Below, one piece after another: positions 40,887 to 51,774 of a stretch of 64,000 nucleotides of DNA. Within the stretch, counting starts at the first letter, position 1. Each line of letters begins with the position of its first letter. This DNA comes from Promethearchaeota archaeon (GTDB taxonomy: Archaea > Asgardarchaeota > Lokiarchaeia > Sigyniarchaeales > SOKP01). The translations under genes were made by a program, and so were the position numbers. Location of the stretch: positions 32,001 through 96,000 of the forward strand of contig JBHLNS010000004.1 in NCBI GenBank assembly GCA_048941285.1. The letters are read 5' to 3'. The notes under the pieces are model-generated. The model was not told where the DNA came from and did not search any database. It was given only the letters and a program-made list of their open reading frames with translations.

Positions 40887-41128
40887 ATTTTTCCAACTAT
40901 AAATTATTCAAGTCTTTGGTATTTCGAATTAATATTATCTTTTAATGTTTTTTATTATAATTTCTTAATATTTGTAACTACTCTTTAGAATTGAATCGAG
41001 ATTACGGATATCTTTATTAATCATTGTTATTTTTTATAAACTTTATAAATTTAAGCTAATTTTACCTAGTATCTTTAAGTAAATATTTTTTATATTATCC
41101 AATAAGAACAATCTAGATGTGAAAAAGA

Positions 41129-42895
41129 ATGTCTGAATATCAAGTAGATGAAAAAAAAGCATGGTTTAAGAAATGGTGGCCCGAAAAAACACCTACGCAA
41201 TACAAATTTGAAAAGATTTCATTAGGAGAGTTTTTTGAAAGGCAACGCAAAAAATACGCTAATGACAGGATGATGTGGTTTATTGAATCATGGATGACTT
41301 ATGAGGAAGCTGGACAAGCTATTGATGCTCTAGCAACGTCACTTCACAAATTGGGAGTTAAAAAAGGAGACATTGTAGCTTTTTTGATGCCAAATTGTTT
41401 TCAATATGTTATAAGTTTTTACGCAGTAGCAAAATTGGGAGCAATAGCGACAGGGATAAATCCTACCTATAAAGCTTTAGAAGTATTGCATCAACTGAAA
41501 ATGACTAATTCAAAGGTTTTAATTACTTTGGATGCGTTATATGGAGAGCTAGCTCGACCTATTATTAATAAGACGAACATTGAAATGGTAATTTATACAA
41601 ATATAGCCGATTTAGCTTCAGGATTATCAGGATTAAAAAAAACATTAGGAAAACTGATTGGCAAAATTCCTAAAGGAAAAGTTGATTTTCCAAGTGCAAT
41701 TAACTTTTTAGATCTTCTTAATACTGAACCCGATCTTCCAGAAGTTAAATTTGACCCTACTGAACAAATTGCTACTTTTATTATGACTGGTGGAACTACA
41801 GGAGTTCCTAAAGCAACAGTATTGACTCATTTCAACTTGGTGTCTAATGCGATTCAATGTGTTTTATGGGTTGGTGGTGAAGATCCTGGTGTAGGTGATA
41901 TTGGGGCAATTCCATTATATCATTCATTTGCAATGACAGCAGTTATGAATGTAGCTATAGGTCTGGGTGGTTGGATGATGCTTTTCCCAAGACCACCTCC
42001 AACAGAGCAATTCTTAAAAGAAATAACTCATATAGATGCTCCTAAAGGACTTTTTTACGCAGGAGCAGAAATATTATTCAAGAGGATTGCAGATTTTCCC
42101 AATCTAGGAAAATTCCCAGAACTTATGGGGAGATTAAGATTGTGCATTTCTGGAGCTGGACCTTTACATGCTCCTGTACAGAAATCATTTCAAGAAAATA
42201 CAGGAGGAAAGATTGTAGAGGGGTATGGATTATCAGAAGCAAGTCCTGTAGTAAGTGCAGGAAATTTATTCGGGGAGAGCCCAGTTGGGACTATAGGAAT
42301 GCCATTTCCCGGTACTGATTGGGGCATTTTTGATACAGATGATTTTGAAAATGGCCCTATTGCTAATGGCTTACCGGGGTCAAAATACGGAGAGGAGCAT
42401 ACAGGAGAGATCTGTGTTTGTGGTCCACAAGTGATGAAAGGCTATTTGAATCAACCTGAAGAAACTGCAGAGACATTGAAAAAATGGGATGGTCGAACTT
42501 GGTTGCTAACTGGTGACATTGGTTTTATGAATGAAGACGGAACAATAGCAATAAGAGATAGAAAGAAACAATTAATTAAAGTTGCAGGTCATTCTGTATT
42601 CCCAGCAGAAGTCGAAACAATGCTCATGAGTCATGAAGCTGTTTCAGAAGCTGCCGTTGCTGGGTTACCTGATCCTAAAGGAAAAGTAGGTGAAATCACA
42701 AAAGCATGGGTCTCATTAAAACCTGGATACGAGGGGAAAATTACTGGAGAAGAATTAATAGCTTGGACCGAAAAGAATATGACCAAATGGAAATGCCCTG
42801 CTATAATTGATATAATTGATGAAATTCCTAAAAGCGTTATGGGAAAAGTCGAGAGACGTACTCTTCAAGAGGCAGATCCCTTATTTAAAAAATAA
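41129..42895 (+). CDS. Long-chain fatty acid-CoA ligase
   Basis: TGGTTGVPK, EGYGLSE, TGDIG, DRKK. Confidence 0.9.
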   Translation: MSEYQVDEKKAWFKKWWPEKTPTQYKFEKISLGEFFERQRKKYANDRMMWFIESWMTYEEAGQAIDALATSLHKLGVKKGDIVAFLMPNCFQYVISFYAVAKLGAIATGINPTYKALEVLHQLKMTNSKVLITLDALYGELARPIINKTNIEMVIYTNIADLASGLSGLKKTLGKLIGKIPKGKVDFPSAINFLDLLNTEPDLPEVKFDPTEQIATFIMTGGTTGVPKATVLTHFNLVSNAIQCVLWVGGEDPGVGDIGAIPLYHSFAMTAVMNVAIGLGGWMMLFPRPPPTEQFLKEITHIDAPKGLFYAGAEILFKRIADFPNLGKFPELMGRLRLCISGAGPLHAPVQKSFQENTGGKIVEGYGLSEASPVVSAGNLFGESPVGTIGMPFPGTDWGIFDTDDFENGPIANGLPGSKYGEEHTGEICVCGPQVMKGYLNQPEETAETLKKWDGRTWLLTGDIGFMNEDGTIAIRDRKKQLIKVAGHSVFPAEVETMLMSHEAVSEAAVAGLPDPKGKVGEITKAWVSLKPGYEGKITGEELIAWTEKNMTKWKCPAIIDIIDEIPKSVMGKVERRTLQEADPLFKK

Positions 42896-43005
42896 TTCAT
42901 TCTTTTACTTTTTCTATTTTATTTCTGATATAAAGAATTAAAATATTAAGAAAAAACATTTCTTAATTTCATAAACTTTTGATATAATCTTTAATTTATT
43001 TTTCC

Positions 43006-44316
43006 ATGGAGCCAACACCTACTAGACACACATTCACCCACTATATTTTCTTTTGGATTGGACAGTTAATATCTATGTTAGGCTCCTCTATTACTCGTTT
43101 TGTTATAATTACATGGATAGGCGCAGAAACTTTAAGCCCTACTTTCCTTTCTATTGCTTACTTTTTAACCGCACTACCGATGGTAATCATACCACCTATA
43201 GTAGGAGTATATATTGACAGATGGAATAGAAAAATCACAATAGCATTAGCGGATTCACTTCAAGCTTTTACAACTTTCTTAATGATAATTTTTTTTGTAA
43301 GTAACATTGCTAACTATTGGCTTATAATTTATCTAAATGTTATACGAGCAATTTGTCAAGCAATTCATTTTCCTACCGTGAATGCTATAATTCCAATAAT
43401 GATCCCTAAAAAACATCTAAGTCGTATGAATGCGATTAATTATTTATTTACGGGAGGTATTCAGATAATTGGACCTATAATAGGAGGAATTTTTCTTACT
43501 ATCATTGAAAATAATCCTGCGATAAAAATAGAACATATTCTTTGGATTGATATTATCACGTTTGGTATTGCTCTCATTCCGTTATTATTAATTACTATTC
43601 CCTCGATTTCTTCAAATTTAAAACAAGCCAAGAAATTTACCTTTATAAAAGACTTCAAATTTGGTTTAAAAGTACTAAAGTTAGTAAAAAGTTTTCTTAT
43701 TTTAATTGTTTTTATATCATTTATCAATCTCCTAAATATGCCTTTTTCTACTCAAATGTTGTTATTTGTCTTAATTAATCATTCAGGTAAAGTATTAGAT
43801 TATTCACTAATAATAGCATTATTCCAAATTGGCTTTGTAATAGGAGCAATCATAGCTTTAGTTAAAAAACATTGGAAACATAAAGAATTAATAATATTGT
43901 ATTCCTGTTTTATTGGAATTGCTGGTTACTCGCTTTTAACTCTTGCTCCAAAAGGTTATTTCATTGTAATGGCATTGGGGGCATTAATTCATGGCTCTAT
44001 GATTCCTATTGCCAATACAATGTTTCTTACAATCCTTCAAACTAAAATACCAGCAGAAACTCAAGGTAGGGTATTTTCAATTGTAGCTAGCATTGCTGCT
44101 GCTGTCACTCCCCTTGGAATGCTAATTTCCGGGCCAATAGCAGATATAATTGGAATCCAATTGCTTTTCATATTTGCCTTATATTTACAATTTGTCTCGA
44201 TTGTAATAACATGGTATTTCACTGATCTCAAGAACATTATTAAAACAGAATCTAAACCAGAGATGATAAAAGAACAAAAAGAAGTACAAGTAAGACCTGA
44301 GCAAATTGAATTTTAA
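43006..44316 (+). CDS. MFS transporter (macrolide-efflux/DHA3-like)
   Basis: About 12 TMs; GVYIDRWNRK, QGRVFS. Confidence 0.88.
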   Translation: MEPTPTRHTFTHYIFFWIGQLISMLGSSITRFVIITWIGAETLSPTFLSIAYFLTALPMVIIPPIVGVYIDRWNRKITIALADSLQAFTTFLMIIFFVSNIANYWLIIYLNVIRAICQAIHFPTVNAIIPIMIPKKHLSRMNAINYLFTGGIQIIGPIIGGIFLTIIENNPAIKIEHILWIDIITFGIALIPLLLITIPSISSNLKQAKKFTFIKDFKFGLKVLKLVKSFLILIVFISFINLLNMPFSTQMLLFVLINHSGKVLDYSLIIALFQIGFVIGAIIALVKKHWKHKELIILYSCFIGIAGYSLLTLAPKGYFIVMALGALIHGSMIPIANTMFLTILQTKIPAETQGRVFSIVASIAAAVTPLGMLISGPIADIIGIQLLFIFALYLQFVSIVITWYFTDLKNIIKTESKPEMIKEQKEVQVRPEQIEF

Positions 44317-44421
44317 ATATTTCTTATTTTAAATTCATATATATTAATTAAATATTAATTTTTATTTTAATTCCTTAAGATTATTTTAAAAGATTTTTAA
44401 ATTGAAAATTTAATTTTCATA

Positions 44422-45558
44422 ATGACAAAAGGAATAATTATATCTGGTGGTTGGGGCACTCGTTTACGCCCATTAACTTGTACTTTACCTAAATCACTAA
44501 TGCCCGTAGTTAATAAACCTGTAATAGAACGTCAAATTCTATTGTTAAAATCAGTTGGTATCAAAAAGGTAATATTAGCTGTCAGTGTTATGTCAGACAT
44601 TATTGAAAATTATTTTAAAGATGGGAAGAAATTAGGAATTGAAATTCAATATACAGATGAAAAAGAACCAATGGGAACTGCTGGTGCAGTAAAACTAGCT
44701 GAAGATTACTTGGAAGATGATAAATTTTTTATGTTGAATGGTGATGTCATTTTAAATTTTGATTTTAAAGCAATGATTCAAGCTCATAATAAACATAAAG
44801 GATTAGGAGTAATTGCTAGTAAAATCGTATCTGAACCATCAAGATATGGAGTTATTATTGCCGATGAAAAAACGAATAAAATTTTAAAATTTCTTGAAAA
44901 ATCTGAATACAAACCTCCAGATGGGCAACTTATTCCAATGCCCGTTAATGCTGGCGTTTACCTTTTAGAGCCTAACATTCTTCAGTATATTAAACAGAAG
45001 AAAAAGGTTTCAATGGAGAGAGTGATCTTCCCTCTTCTATGTAATGAAGGAAAATTATATCACTACTCAATTCCGGGTATTTGGAAAGATATTGGGAAAC
45101 CAGAAGAATTTTTAGAAGGAAATATTGAATTATTGAAGGATATATTGAATAATCTAAAGGAAAAAAAAGATAACTTGATTCAAGAGAATCTGGATATTGA
45201 AGGAAAAGCAATGATATATCCTCCTGTTGCTATTGGAAAAGATGTTGTAATAAGAAAAAATTGCAGTATAGGACCAAATGTAGTGATTGGTGATAATGTA
45301 TATATAGGAGAAAATACTGAAATTAAAGACACTGTAGTATACAATAAGGCTTACTTTTCTAAAAATATTAGATGTGAGAGAGCTATTATATCAGATAACT
45401 GTTTAATTCATGATGGAGTTCAATTAAAGGGGAAAAATCAGAATCTAATAATTCTTTCTTCTTTTGTGGAAGTACTAGATAATGTAAAGTTAATTGCTCC
45501 TTCTAATAGTTCTGTAACAGTTTGTCATCATGATGTAGTCAGACTGGATGTATCCTAA
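44422..45558 (+). CDS. NDP-sugar synthase (mannose-1-phosphate guanylyltransferase-like)
   Basis: GGWGTRLRPLT..PK, GTAG, WKDIG; C-terminal hexapeptide repeats. Confidence 0.88.
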   Translation: MTKGIIISGGWGTRLRPLTCTLPKSLMPVVNKPVIERQILLLKSVGIKKVILAVSVMSDIIENYFKDGKKLGIEIQYTDEKEPMGTAGAVKLAEDYLEDDKFFMLNGDVILNFDFKAMIQAHNKHKGLGVIASKIVSEPSRYGVIIADEKTNKILKFLEKSEYKPPDGQLIPMPVNAGVYLLEPNILQYIKQKKKVSMERVIFPLLCNEGKLYHYSIPGIWKDIGKPEEFLEGNIELLKDILNNLKEKKDNLIQENLDIEGKAMIYPPVAIGKDVVIRKNCSIGPNVVIGDNVYIGENTEIKDTVVYNKAYFSKNIRCERAIISDNCLIHDGVQLKGKNQNLIILSSFVEVLDNVKLIAPSNSSVTVCHHDVVRLDVS

Positions 45559-45567
45559 GAATAAAAC

Positions 45568-46941
45568 TTAAATCTCTTCACGCAGTTTAGTAATCTTCTT
45601 CTTCAATTTTTTAATTCGAGAATCAGAAACATTATAGATTAGAAAATTCTCAAGAATTTTTAATGCCTTTTGATAGTACTGGATGCTATTAATGAAATCA
45701 CCATTCTTTTCTGCGTTTTCTCCTGCTTCTAAATTAAAATCTAGTTCTATTTGTTTGACTTGTTTATCTAATTCCATTAGTAATTTAGAGGTTTTATCAA
45801 TTTCTGGTTTGAAATTAAACTCTTTAGCTAAAAATAAAGCTTTTTTATACTCATCTTCTCCCACTTTATAAGCCAGAGATTTTTCAGCAGCTTTTCCCTT
45901 TTTTATTAAATCTCTTATCATTCTTTTTGCCGAATTTTCATCCATTTCTTCCACTTGTTCTTTTAATTTATCAAAATTCGAATTTGTGATTAATATAGAA
46001 GAAATTGATTGGTATTTAGCAACTTTTTCCTCTTGAGCTTCTTGAATCATTTCAATATTACTCACAGCTGTTTCTAAAGTAGTAGGATTAAAGATATTAT
46101 TCTCTACTAGATGATATATTTGATATAAGATCTCATTAGAATCAATATTTACAATGTTTTTTACTCGATTCAAAAGATTGTAAATAAAAAAAAATTGTTT
46201 CGTGGTTAATAGCTCTTTGGCAATATTGAGTATCGCTTTTTGAATCTGATTTTCTTCAATTATCTTTAAATCATTTGGGGGGATTGAATGAGCCAGAGTC
46301 ATAGGAAAAACCAATTTAATCTCAAAGTAGTCGATAATAAATTCAACCATATTTTTAGAATAAAACATTCCAGCACTTCTAAGATTATACAATTCTTTGC
46401 TAAACATTTCTTCAAATTCGAAGATGAATTGGTTAACATGGTTTTTCATATTTTCAGATGCTTTATGATCAAGCATTAAACAGAGTCGTATTACTTCTCC
46501 ATCTCTCAATAATATATTGAAATTTTGATATTGAAACTCATAGAAATTATGGGTAATTTGTGAATATGATTTCTCATAGGAGCTGTCATGGGACTCGGAA
46601 AATGTTATATTTGCTTGAATAAATCCACCCAATAAATCCGCATTAATTTCCTCTCCTGATACAGGATAATTCAATAAGGTCAAACCTGATTCATTATCCA
46701 TAATTATAATATGTCTAATATTTAGAACATCTAAAAATTTCCGCCATATTAACTCCCGTTCCATCTGAAAACGTCTTTCATCAGACTGTATCTCAAATAC
46801 TTCTAGAGTGGAATCAATTTCAAATCCAAGTTGTTTTAATCTATTTTTAATACAACTCATGCAAAATTTAGGGTATTTTGAACACTTTTCCTTAAGTTTT
46901 CCGCAATTAAATCCTAAATGGTCAATCTCAAAGTAAACCAT
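45568..46941 (-). CDS. Longin-like domain plus TPR protein
   Basis: SGLTLL...ADLLGGFIQA longin-like pattern; C-terminal TPR-like helices (SIQYYQKAL); N-terminal Cys cluster. Confidence 0.6.
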   Translation of the reverse strand: MVYFEIDHLGFNCGKLKEKCSKYPKFCMSCIKNRLKQLGFEIDSTLEVFEIQSDERRFQMERELIWRKFLDVLNIRHIIIMDNESGLTLLNYPVSGEEINADLLGGFIQANITFSESHDSSYEKSYSQITHNFYEFQYQNFNILLRDGEVIRLCLMLDHKASENMKNHVNQFIFEFEEMFSKELYNLRSAGMFYSKNMVEFIIDYFEIKLVFPMTLAHSIPPNDLKIIEENQIQKAILNIAKELLTTKQFFFIYNLLNRVKNIVNIDSNEILYQIYHLVENNIFNPTTLETAVSNIEMIQEAQEEKVAKYQSISSILITNSNFDKLKEQVEEMDENSAKRMIRDLIKKGKAAEKSLAYKVGEDEYKKALFLAKEFNFKPEIDKTSKLLMELDKQVKQIELDFNLEAGENAEKNGDFINSIQYYQKALKILENFLIYNVSDSRIKKLKKKITKLREEI

Positions 46942-47216
46942 GAAAAAATCAACACTTCAACCTGCTATTACCAAAAAGGAGAATTTAAACAATTTAAAAG
47001 ATGATATTAAATTCGTTTTTTATTTGGTTCAACATAAATTATCGAACATTTAAATTTTTAGGATAGAATCCGAATTCAAGCGAATAACACGAAATTTCTT
47101 TTTTCTCAAGATCTATAGCTTTTTACCTTCTTCTTTTTTTAGCTACTTCACTTAAATTTAAAAATTTATATAAATTAAAAACTATAAATTAAAATTGATA
47201 GGGATAACTCTTAACG

Positions 47217-48728
47217 GTGTTGATTTTGCCAGATTTAAAAATAAATGATGATTGGATCTTAAATAGAATATCTTCTCAAAGTAATAGTTTTGCACAATGG
47301 GTGGGCAATTTATTAAAGACTGTTGAAAAATCCTTGAAAATGGCACCTCCTGTAATTACTGAGCAAATAAAGAAGAATAAAGAACTTAGTTCGATAAAAG
47401 ATCTAGACAAGGATTTAGCTAAAATGAACAAAGAATTAGTGTTAGCGCAAGGAGAATTATCAAAATTGGGAGGGATAGGAAAAAAATTTTCAAATTTTGG
47501 AATGAAAATTCTTGAAGGAATCCAAAACCCACTAGAGAAGGAAATTAAAACCTCAGTTCAAAATATAATAGGTTTAGACTTAATTTCTGAATTAGATTTC
47601 ATTACTGGTAAAAGAAAAGATTTATCAAGTGCCCTTTATGATGTATCTAAAGAAAGAGGAATCGAATCAGAAGGATTATTATATTTAATACGAGCCTTGC
47701 CTGATCTTGAAGCTTTCCTTTATAGCACTAGTGTAAAGAAATACTATCGAGATCACACAGAACATGCACTTCGTGTGGCAGTATTAGGAGATTATCTATT
47801 AGAACAAGATTTTGGTCAAGGTTCCTTAGAAAGCTTAATTTCTGATCTTACAGAATTAGATAAAAATCTTCTAAAAGATAAATTTTGGTGGATCACGGGA
47901 CTAATTCATGATATTGGATATCCGCTGGGGAAAATGACTTTTGCTATTAATTATTCACTTGTTAATCAAATTTTAAAGTGCTATCCTACGATCGATTTAG
48001 AATTTATTCCGTTTGAAATAAATTTAGCTTGGAACGGTCGACAAGAGGAATATCTTAAGATTTTAGAGGAGGGCTTATCTAGAGAAGCACGTACTTTAAT
48101 AAGAAAAGGAGCAGGATTTAAGGATCAAAAATTATCTCCCCAAAATGTTCAAATTTTCTTAACTCAACCAGATGGTCATCCAGAGTATCGATATAAAGAC
48201 CCAGTCGAATTAGATCATGGTGTTATTTCTGCACTTTCTCTTCTGAAAGGGCTTGGTACTCCTCGAGAAATTGAGAAAAATGATGAATATAATGGATACA
48301 TCTTAGCAGCAAGAGCAATGGCATTACATAATTTTAAGGCACAACTTAAAGATTATGTTTTTGAAGAACAACCATTAGCGTTTTATTTAATGTTAATTGA
48401 TGAATTACAGGAATGGGGTCGACCAATTCCGATTCAAATTCGCGATACTTATTTTACTACTGAAATTAAAAAAGTTACATTATTAGATGATCTATTATTA
48501 AAAATAGATGAATTTACTTGGCTAATGCAATTTAAAAATAAACAAGCTAAAGATCTTATGGAATTCAATTTCAAATTGTATTCAAATGAAAAGAGAAAAA
48601 CATTTGAAAGAATAAAAAGTGGAGAAAATTTTCCTAGAACTACGATAAATCTCCAAGATATTGAAATCATAACAGATAAAAAGGAAAGGAAGGAAAATAT
48701 TTTAGCACAAGATATTATTATAATTTGA
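47217..48728 (+). CDS. HD-domain metal-dependent phosphohydrolase
   Basis: RDHTEHALRV, IHDIGY, DHGVIS, LHN, DELQEW. Confidence 0.75.
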   Translation: MLILPDLKINDDWILNRISSQSNSFAQWVGNLLKTVEKSLKMAPPVITEQIKKNKELSSIKDLDKDLAKMNKELVLAQGELSKLGGIGKKFSNFGMKILEGIQNPLEKEIKTSVQNIIGLDLISELDFITGKRKDLSSALYDVSKERGIESEGLLYLIRALPDLEAFLYSTSVKKYYRDHTEHALRVAVLGDYLLEQDFGQGSLESLISDLTELDKNLLKDKFWWITGLIHDIGYPLGKMTFAINYSLVNQILKCYPTIDLEFIPFEINLAWNGRQEEYLKILEEGLSREARTLIRKGAGFKDQKLSPQNVQIFLTQPDGHPEYRYKDPVELDHGVISALSLLKGLGTPREIEKNDEYNGYILAARAMALHNFKAQLKDYVFEEQPLAFYLMLIDELQEWGRPIPIQIRDTYFTTEIKKVTLLDDLLLKIDEFTWLMQFKNKQAKDLMEFNFKLYSNEKRKTFERIKSGENFPRTTINLQDIEIITDKKERKENILAQDIIII

Positions 48729-48742
48729 GGTGATTTAAGAGT

Positions 48743-49021
48743 ATGGAAGATTTAAAAGAGAATGGTTTAAAGATATTTAATGCTATTTTTGAAGGTCAGA
48801 AAAACGTTGAAATCGAAGGTATTGAATACCCAATTAAAAAATTTTCAAGTGGAGTTAAATACGTGGATCTTTTTGGATATAGATACATAGAGCAGAATCG
48901 CAACAAAAAATCAGAATGGGGAAAAAAGGCGAGAGAAGGTCATAAAATAATGTGGATAATTAAAGGGAGAAGTTATATTGCACAAATTTTCGATGCGGAA
49001 TATAAAGATTTAAAGAAATAA
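48743..49021 (+). CDS. Small hypothetical protein
   Basis: Strong SD (GAGGTGA) upstream; operonic with the HD gene. Confidence 0.7.
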   Translation: MEDLKENGLKIFNAIFEGQKNVEIEGIEYPIKKFSSGVKYVDLFGYRYIEQNRNKKSEWGKKAREGHKIMWIIKGRSYIAQIFDAEYKDLKK

Positions 49022-49192
49022 TCAAACATGACCTCTAATTTATTGAGAAAAAGAAAACAAAATAGACTATTTTTAAATAGCTATTTTTTGTATAAAAAGT
49101 TTTAATGAGGAATTTAATTTAGAAATTGGACTCCATTTTATTTTTATCTTTGTCAATTCTTTTTTTATTTAGTGCTAAAAAAGTGAGAAATT

Positions 49193-49381
49193 ATGGAAGC
49201 TGAAATTAAAATAGATACGAATTATTATGAATTTTTGGATTTAGTTCAAAAAATATCCAAAAATTCAGTATCTATTCAAAAGGAGCTTATTAAAACAATT
49301 TATGAAAACTATGACATACATAAAGTTAAACATGAATTAGATAAGAAAATAGCATTTCTAGACAAATTAATAATTAAATAA
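49193..49381 (+). CDS. Small hypothetical protein
   Basis: 62 aa helical ORF filling an intergenic gap. Confidence 0.5.
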   Translation: MEAEIKIDTNYYEFLDLVQKISKNSVSIQKELIKTIYENYDIHKVKHELDKKIAFLDKLIIK

Positions 49382-49447
49382 ACATCAAAATATCAAATTC
49401 ACATCATTTCCATTTCCATATTGAGTATATTCTTTCGAATATACTCT

Positions 49448-50056
49448 TTAACTCTTTAAATTTCCTTTAAATCTTTCAAAAATTAGTTCTAAGTATGATT
49501 TTCTTATAGATTCTTCTTTCTTTATACTGAATAAACTCAAAAAATCAAATAGAACTGCTTTGGAATCTTCAAGATTTTCAGGAGAATCTAATAAAAATTC
49601 AACTTCTAGAAAATATTGATCCAAAATTGGCAAATAATCAATTAATGCTTCGATATAGTAATTTTTGAATTCAAATTCATATAATTCTCTTTCTTTCTTA
49701 ATAGTAAAGATTTCTCTAAATCCCAATTCTTTTAGCAATAAATTCATACTTTCAATATTTTCTATTTTGATATCAAGTTCATTACGAGTTTTTGTGGAGA
49801 GATCTAATTTTTTACCTTTATATGTGACAAAGTAATTGATAACTTGCTCATTTGTATCATCTTTTTTATTAAATTCAACTGATTTTCTCAATCTTAACGC
49901 TTCATCGGTTTTTTTAAAATCTCTTAATCCTTTTGGCATATTAAAATATGTATCCTCATGAAGAAGTGAAAATTTATAAATTCCATTATTTTCTTCAAAC
50001 TTTTTTCTTATTAATTTATGATTTGGGATTCGAACTTTTATTTCTACTTCAATCAT
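49448..50056 (-). CDS. cyaB: CYTH family protein (class IV adenylate cyclase-like)
   Basis: EVEIK, DTYF, EALRLR, TYKG, KER, FLEVE, SYLEL. Confidence 0.85.
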   Translation of the reverse strand: MIEVEIKVRIPNHKLIRKKFEENNGIYKFSLLHEDTYFNMPKGLRDFKKTDEALRLRKSVEFNKKDDTNEQVINYFVTYKGKKLDLSTKTRNELDIKIENIESMNLLLKELGFREIFTIKKERELYEFEFKNYYIEALIDYLPILDQYFLEVEFLLDSPENLEDSKAVLFDFLSLFSIKKEESIRKSYLELIFERFKGNLKS

Positions 50057-50147
50057 AAGAAGATTTGTCTCTCTAATAACAATTATAATTTATTATTTTT
50101 TATTAGTATTAATACAATGAAATCGAGGTGACTTTTAAATTTCTCAG

Positions 50148-51110
50148 ATGCATAAGGAAACTACAAAACTCGCAGAAAAATATGGTTATCTCCCCTATAT
50201 GGTTGAAAGATATATTCAATTCTTAGGTCTAGATGAAACAGTAAATCTTTTAAAAGCAAATGAGCATCCCTTAATTCCATCAATACGAACTAACACTCTT
50301 AAGATATCTCCTTCAAATTTAAGGAAAAAGTTGGAAATAAAAGGATTTATTTTAGAGCCAATAAAATGGATTCCATATGCCTTTAATATATTAAAAGCTC
50401 CTCATAATTTAGGGTCTTCTCATGAGTTTCTACAAGGATATTATTATATACAGAATATTGCTTCTATGCTTCCATCAATAATTCTTAACCCAAAATCAAA
50501 TGATACCGTTATCGATATGTGTGCTGCTCCAGGTAGTAAGGCAACACATTTAGCCCAATTAATGAATAATAAAGGTACATTAGTATTGTTAGATAAATCT
50601 AAAAATCGAATTCCTGCTTTAGAAGTGAATTTACGTAGATTAGGAGTAACTAATTCACTAGTATTAAATCTTGATTCAAATAAACTTCCAGAATTAAATA
50701 TTAAAGCGGATAAGATACTTTTAGATGCCCCGTGTACTGGAGAAGGACTTATAAGGCAAGATCCAAATAGAAAGAAAAGTAAAAAATTAAACGATATTAA
50801 GAGAATGGCCTCAATCCAGAAAAGATTACTTCTTGTGGGGTTAAAAACGTTAAAACCCGCAGGTGAATTATTATATAGCACATGCTCTATTGCACCTGAA
50901 GAAAATGAATTGGTTATTAATGAGATCCTAGAACAAGAAATAGATTATTCTATATCTGAGATAAACGAATATTACGGTGTTAATGGACTCACTAAAGTAT
51001 ATGGAAAGTCATTGAGAAAGGATTTAAGATATTCACAGCGATTATATCCCCATATTCATGATACTATTGGATTTTTTTTATGTTTAATAAGGAAAAAACA
51101 TGATAAGTAA
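50148..51110 (+). CDS. RsmB/NOP2-family RNA m5C methyltransferase
   Basis: DMCAAPGSK, LLDAPCTG, YSTCS..PEENE. Confidence 0.9.
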   Translation: MHKETTKLAEKYGYLPYMVERYIQFLGLDETVNLLKANEHPLIPSIRTNTLKISPSNLRKKLEIKGFILEPIKWIPYAFNILKAPHNLGSSHEFLQGYYYIQNIASMLPSIILNPKSNDTVIDMCAAPGSKATHLAQLMNNKGTLVLLDKSKNRIPALEVNLRRLGVTNSLVLNLDSNKLPELNIKADKILLDAPCTGEGLIRQDPNRKKSKKLNDIKRMASIQKRLLLVGLKTLKPAGELLYSTCSIAPEENELVINEILEQEIDYSISEINEYYGVNGLTKVYGKSLRKDLRYSQRLYPHIHDTIGFFLCLIRKKHDK

Positions 51111-51113
51111 TTC

Positions 51114-51695
51114 CTATTGCTTCTCTCTTAGGTATTTTCCCTTATCGCTCAAATTGATTGCAACAAGGTCTTCAGGTTTTAGATTTTGAACTTGACTGCT
51201 ATTTATAGTTGCTATACTAATACCAATTATTTCTCCTTCCTCATTAAAAACCAACAAAATGTCTTTTTCTTTATAATCGTAGGTTTCTTTTAAGATCATA
51301 TTCTTTAAAATATTATTTCCATATAGAATGGATTTTTCTCCCCTTTTATTTACATGCAAGTGTATAACATCAGAGATTAGATCGCTTTTGTACAAGAATT
51401 CTGCACCTTCTAAGCTTAAAAAGAATTCTCCTCTTTTTATTAGGCCAAAATATAAACCTACTAAAGTGATATTATCATAGATATTTAAATTTTTTAGTAA
51501 ATTTTTTAATTCTTCAGAAAGTAAATATATCTGAGGAAAATTCTTAATTGAGGTTTGTTTCTTGATTAAAATATATAAATTATCCTCAATTTCTCTAAAA
51601 TTCGAAATGACATTTGAAGAAATTGTTGAAAGGGAATTTTTAATTATTTTTTTTTCAATTTGATTTAAATACCTAAAAATTTTAAAATCTTTCAT
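51114..51695 (-). CDS. NIP7-like PUA-domain ribosome biogenesis protein
   Basis: FFLSLEG, LYGNNILK, DKGKYLR. Confidence 0.75.
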   Translation of the reverse strand: MKDFKIFRYLNQIEKKIIKNSLSTISSNVISNFREIEDNLYILIKKQTSIKNFPQIYLLSEELKNLLKNLNIYDNITLVGLYFGLIKRGEFFLSLEGAEFLYKSDLISDVIHLHVNKRGEKSILYGNNILKNMILKETYDYKEKDILLVFNEEGEIIGISIATINSSQVQNLKPEDLVAINLSDKGKYLREKQ

Positions 51696-51774
51696 TAGTA
51701 GGGAAAATAAAAAGAATTAAGAAGTTTTATTATTATTAATCAATAAAGGTATTAAAAAATAGTGTTATCTAAAA

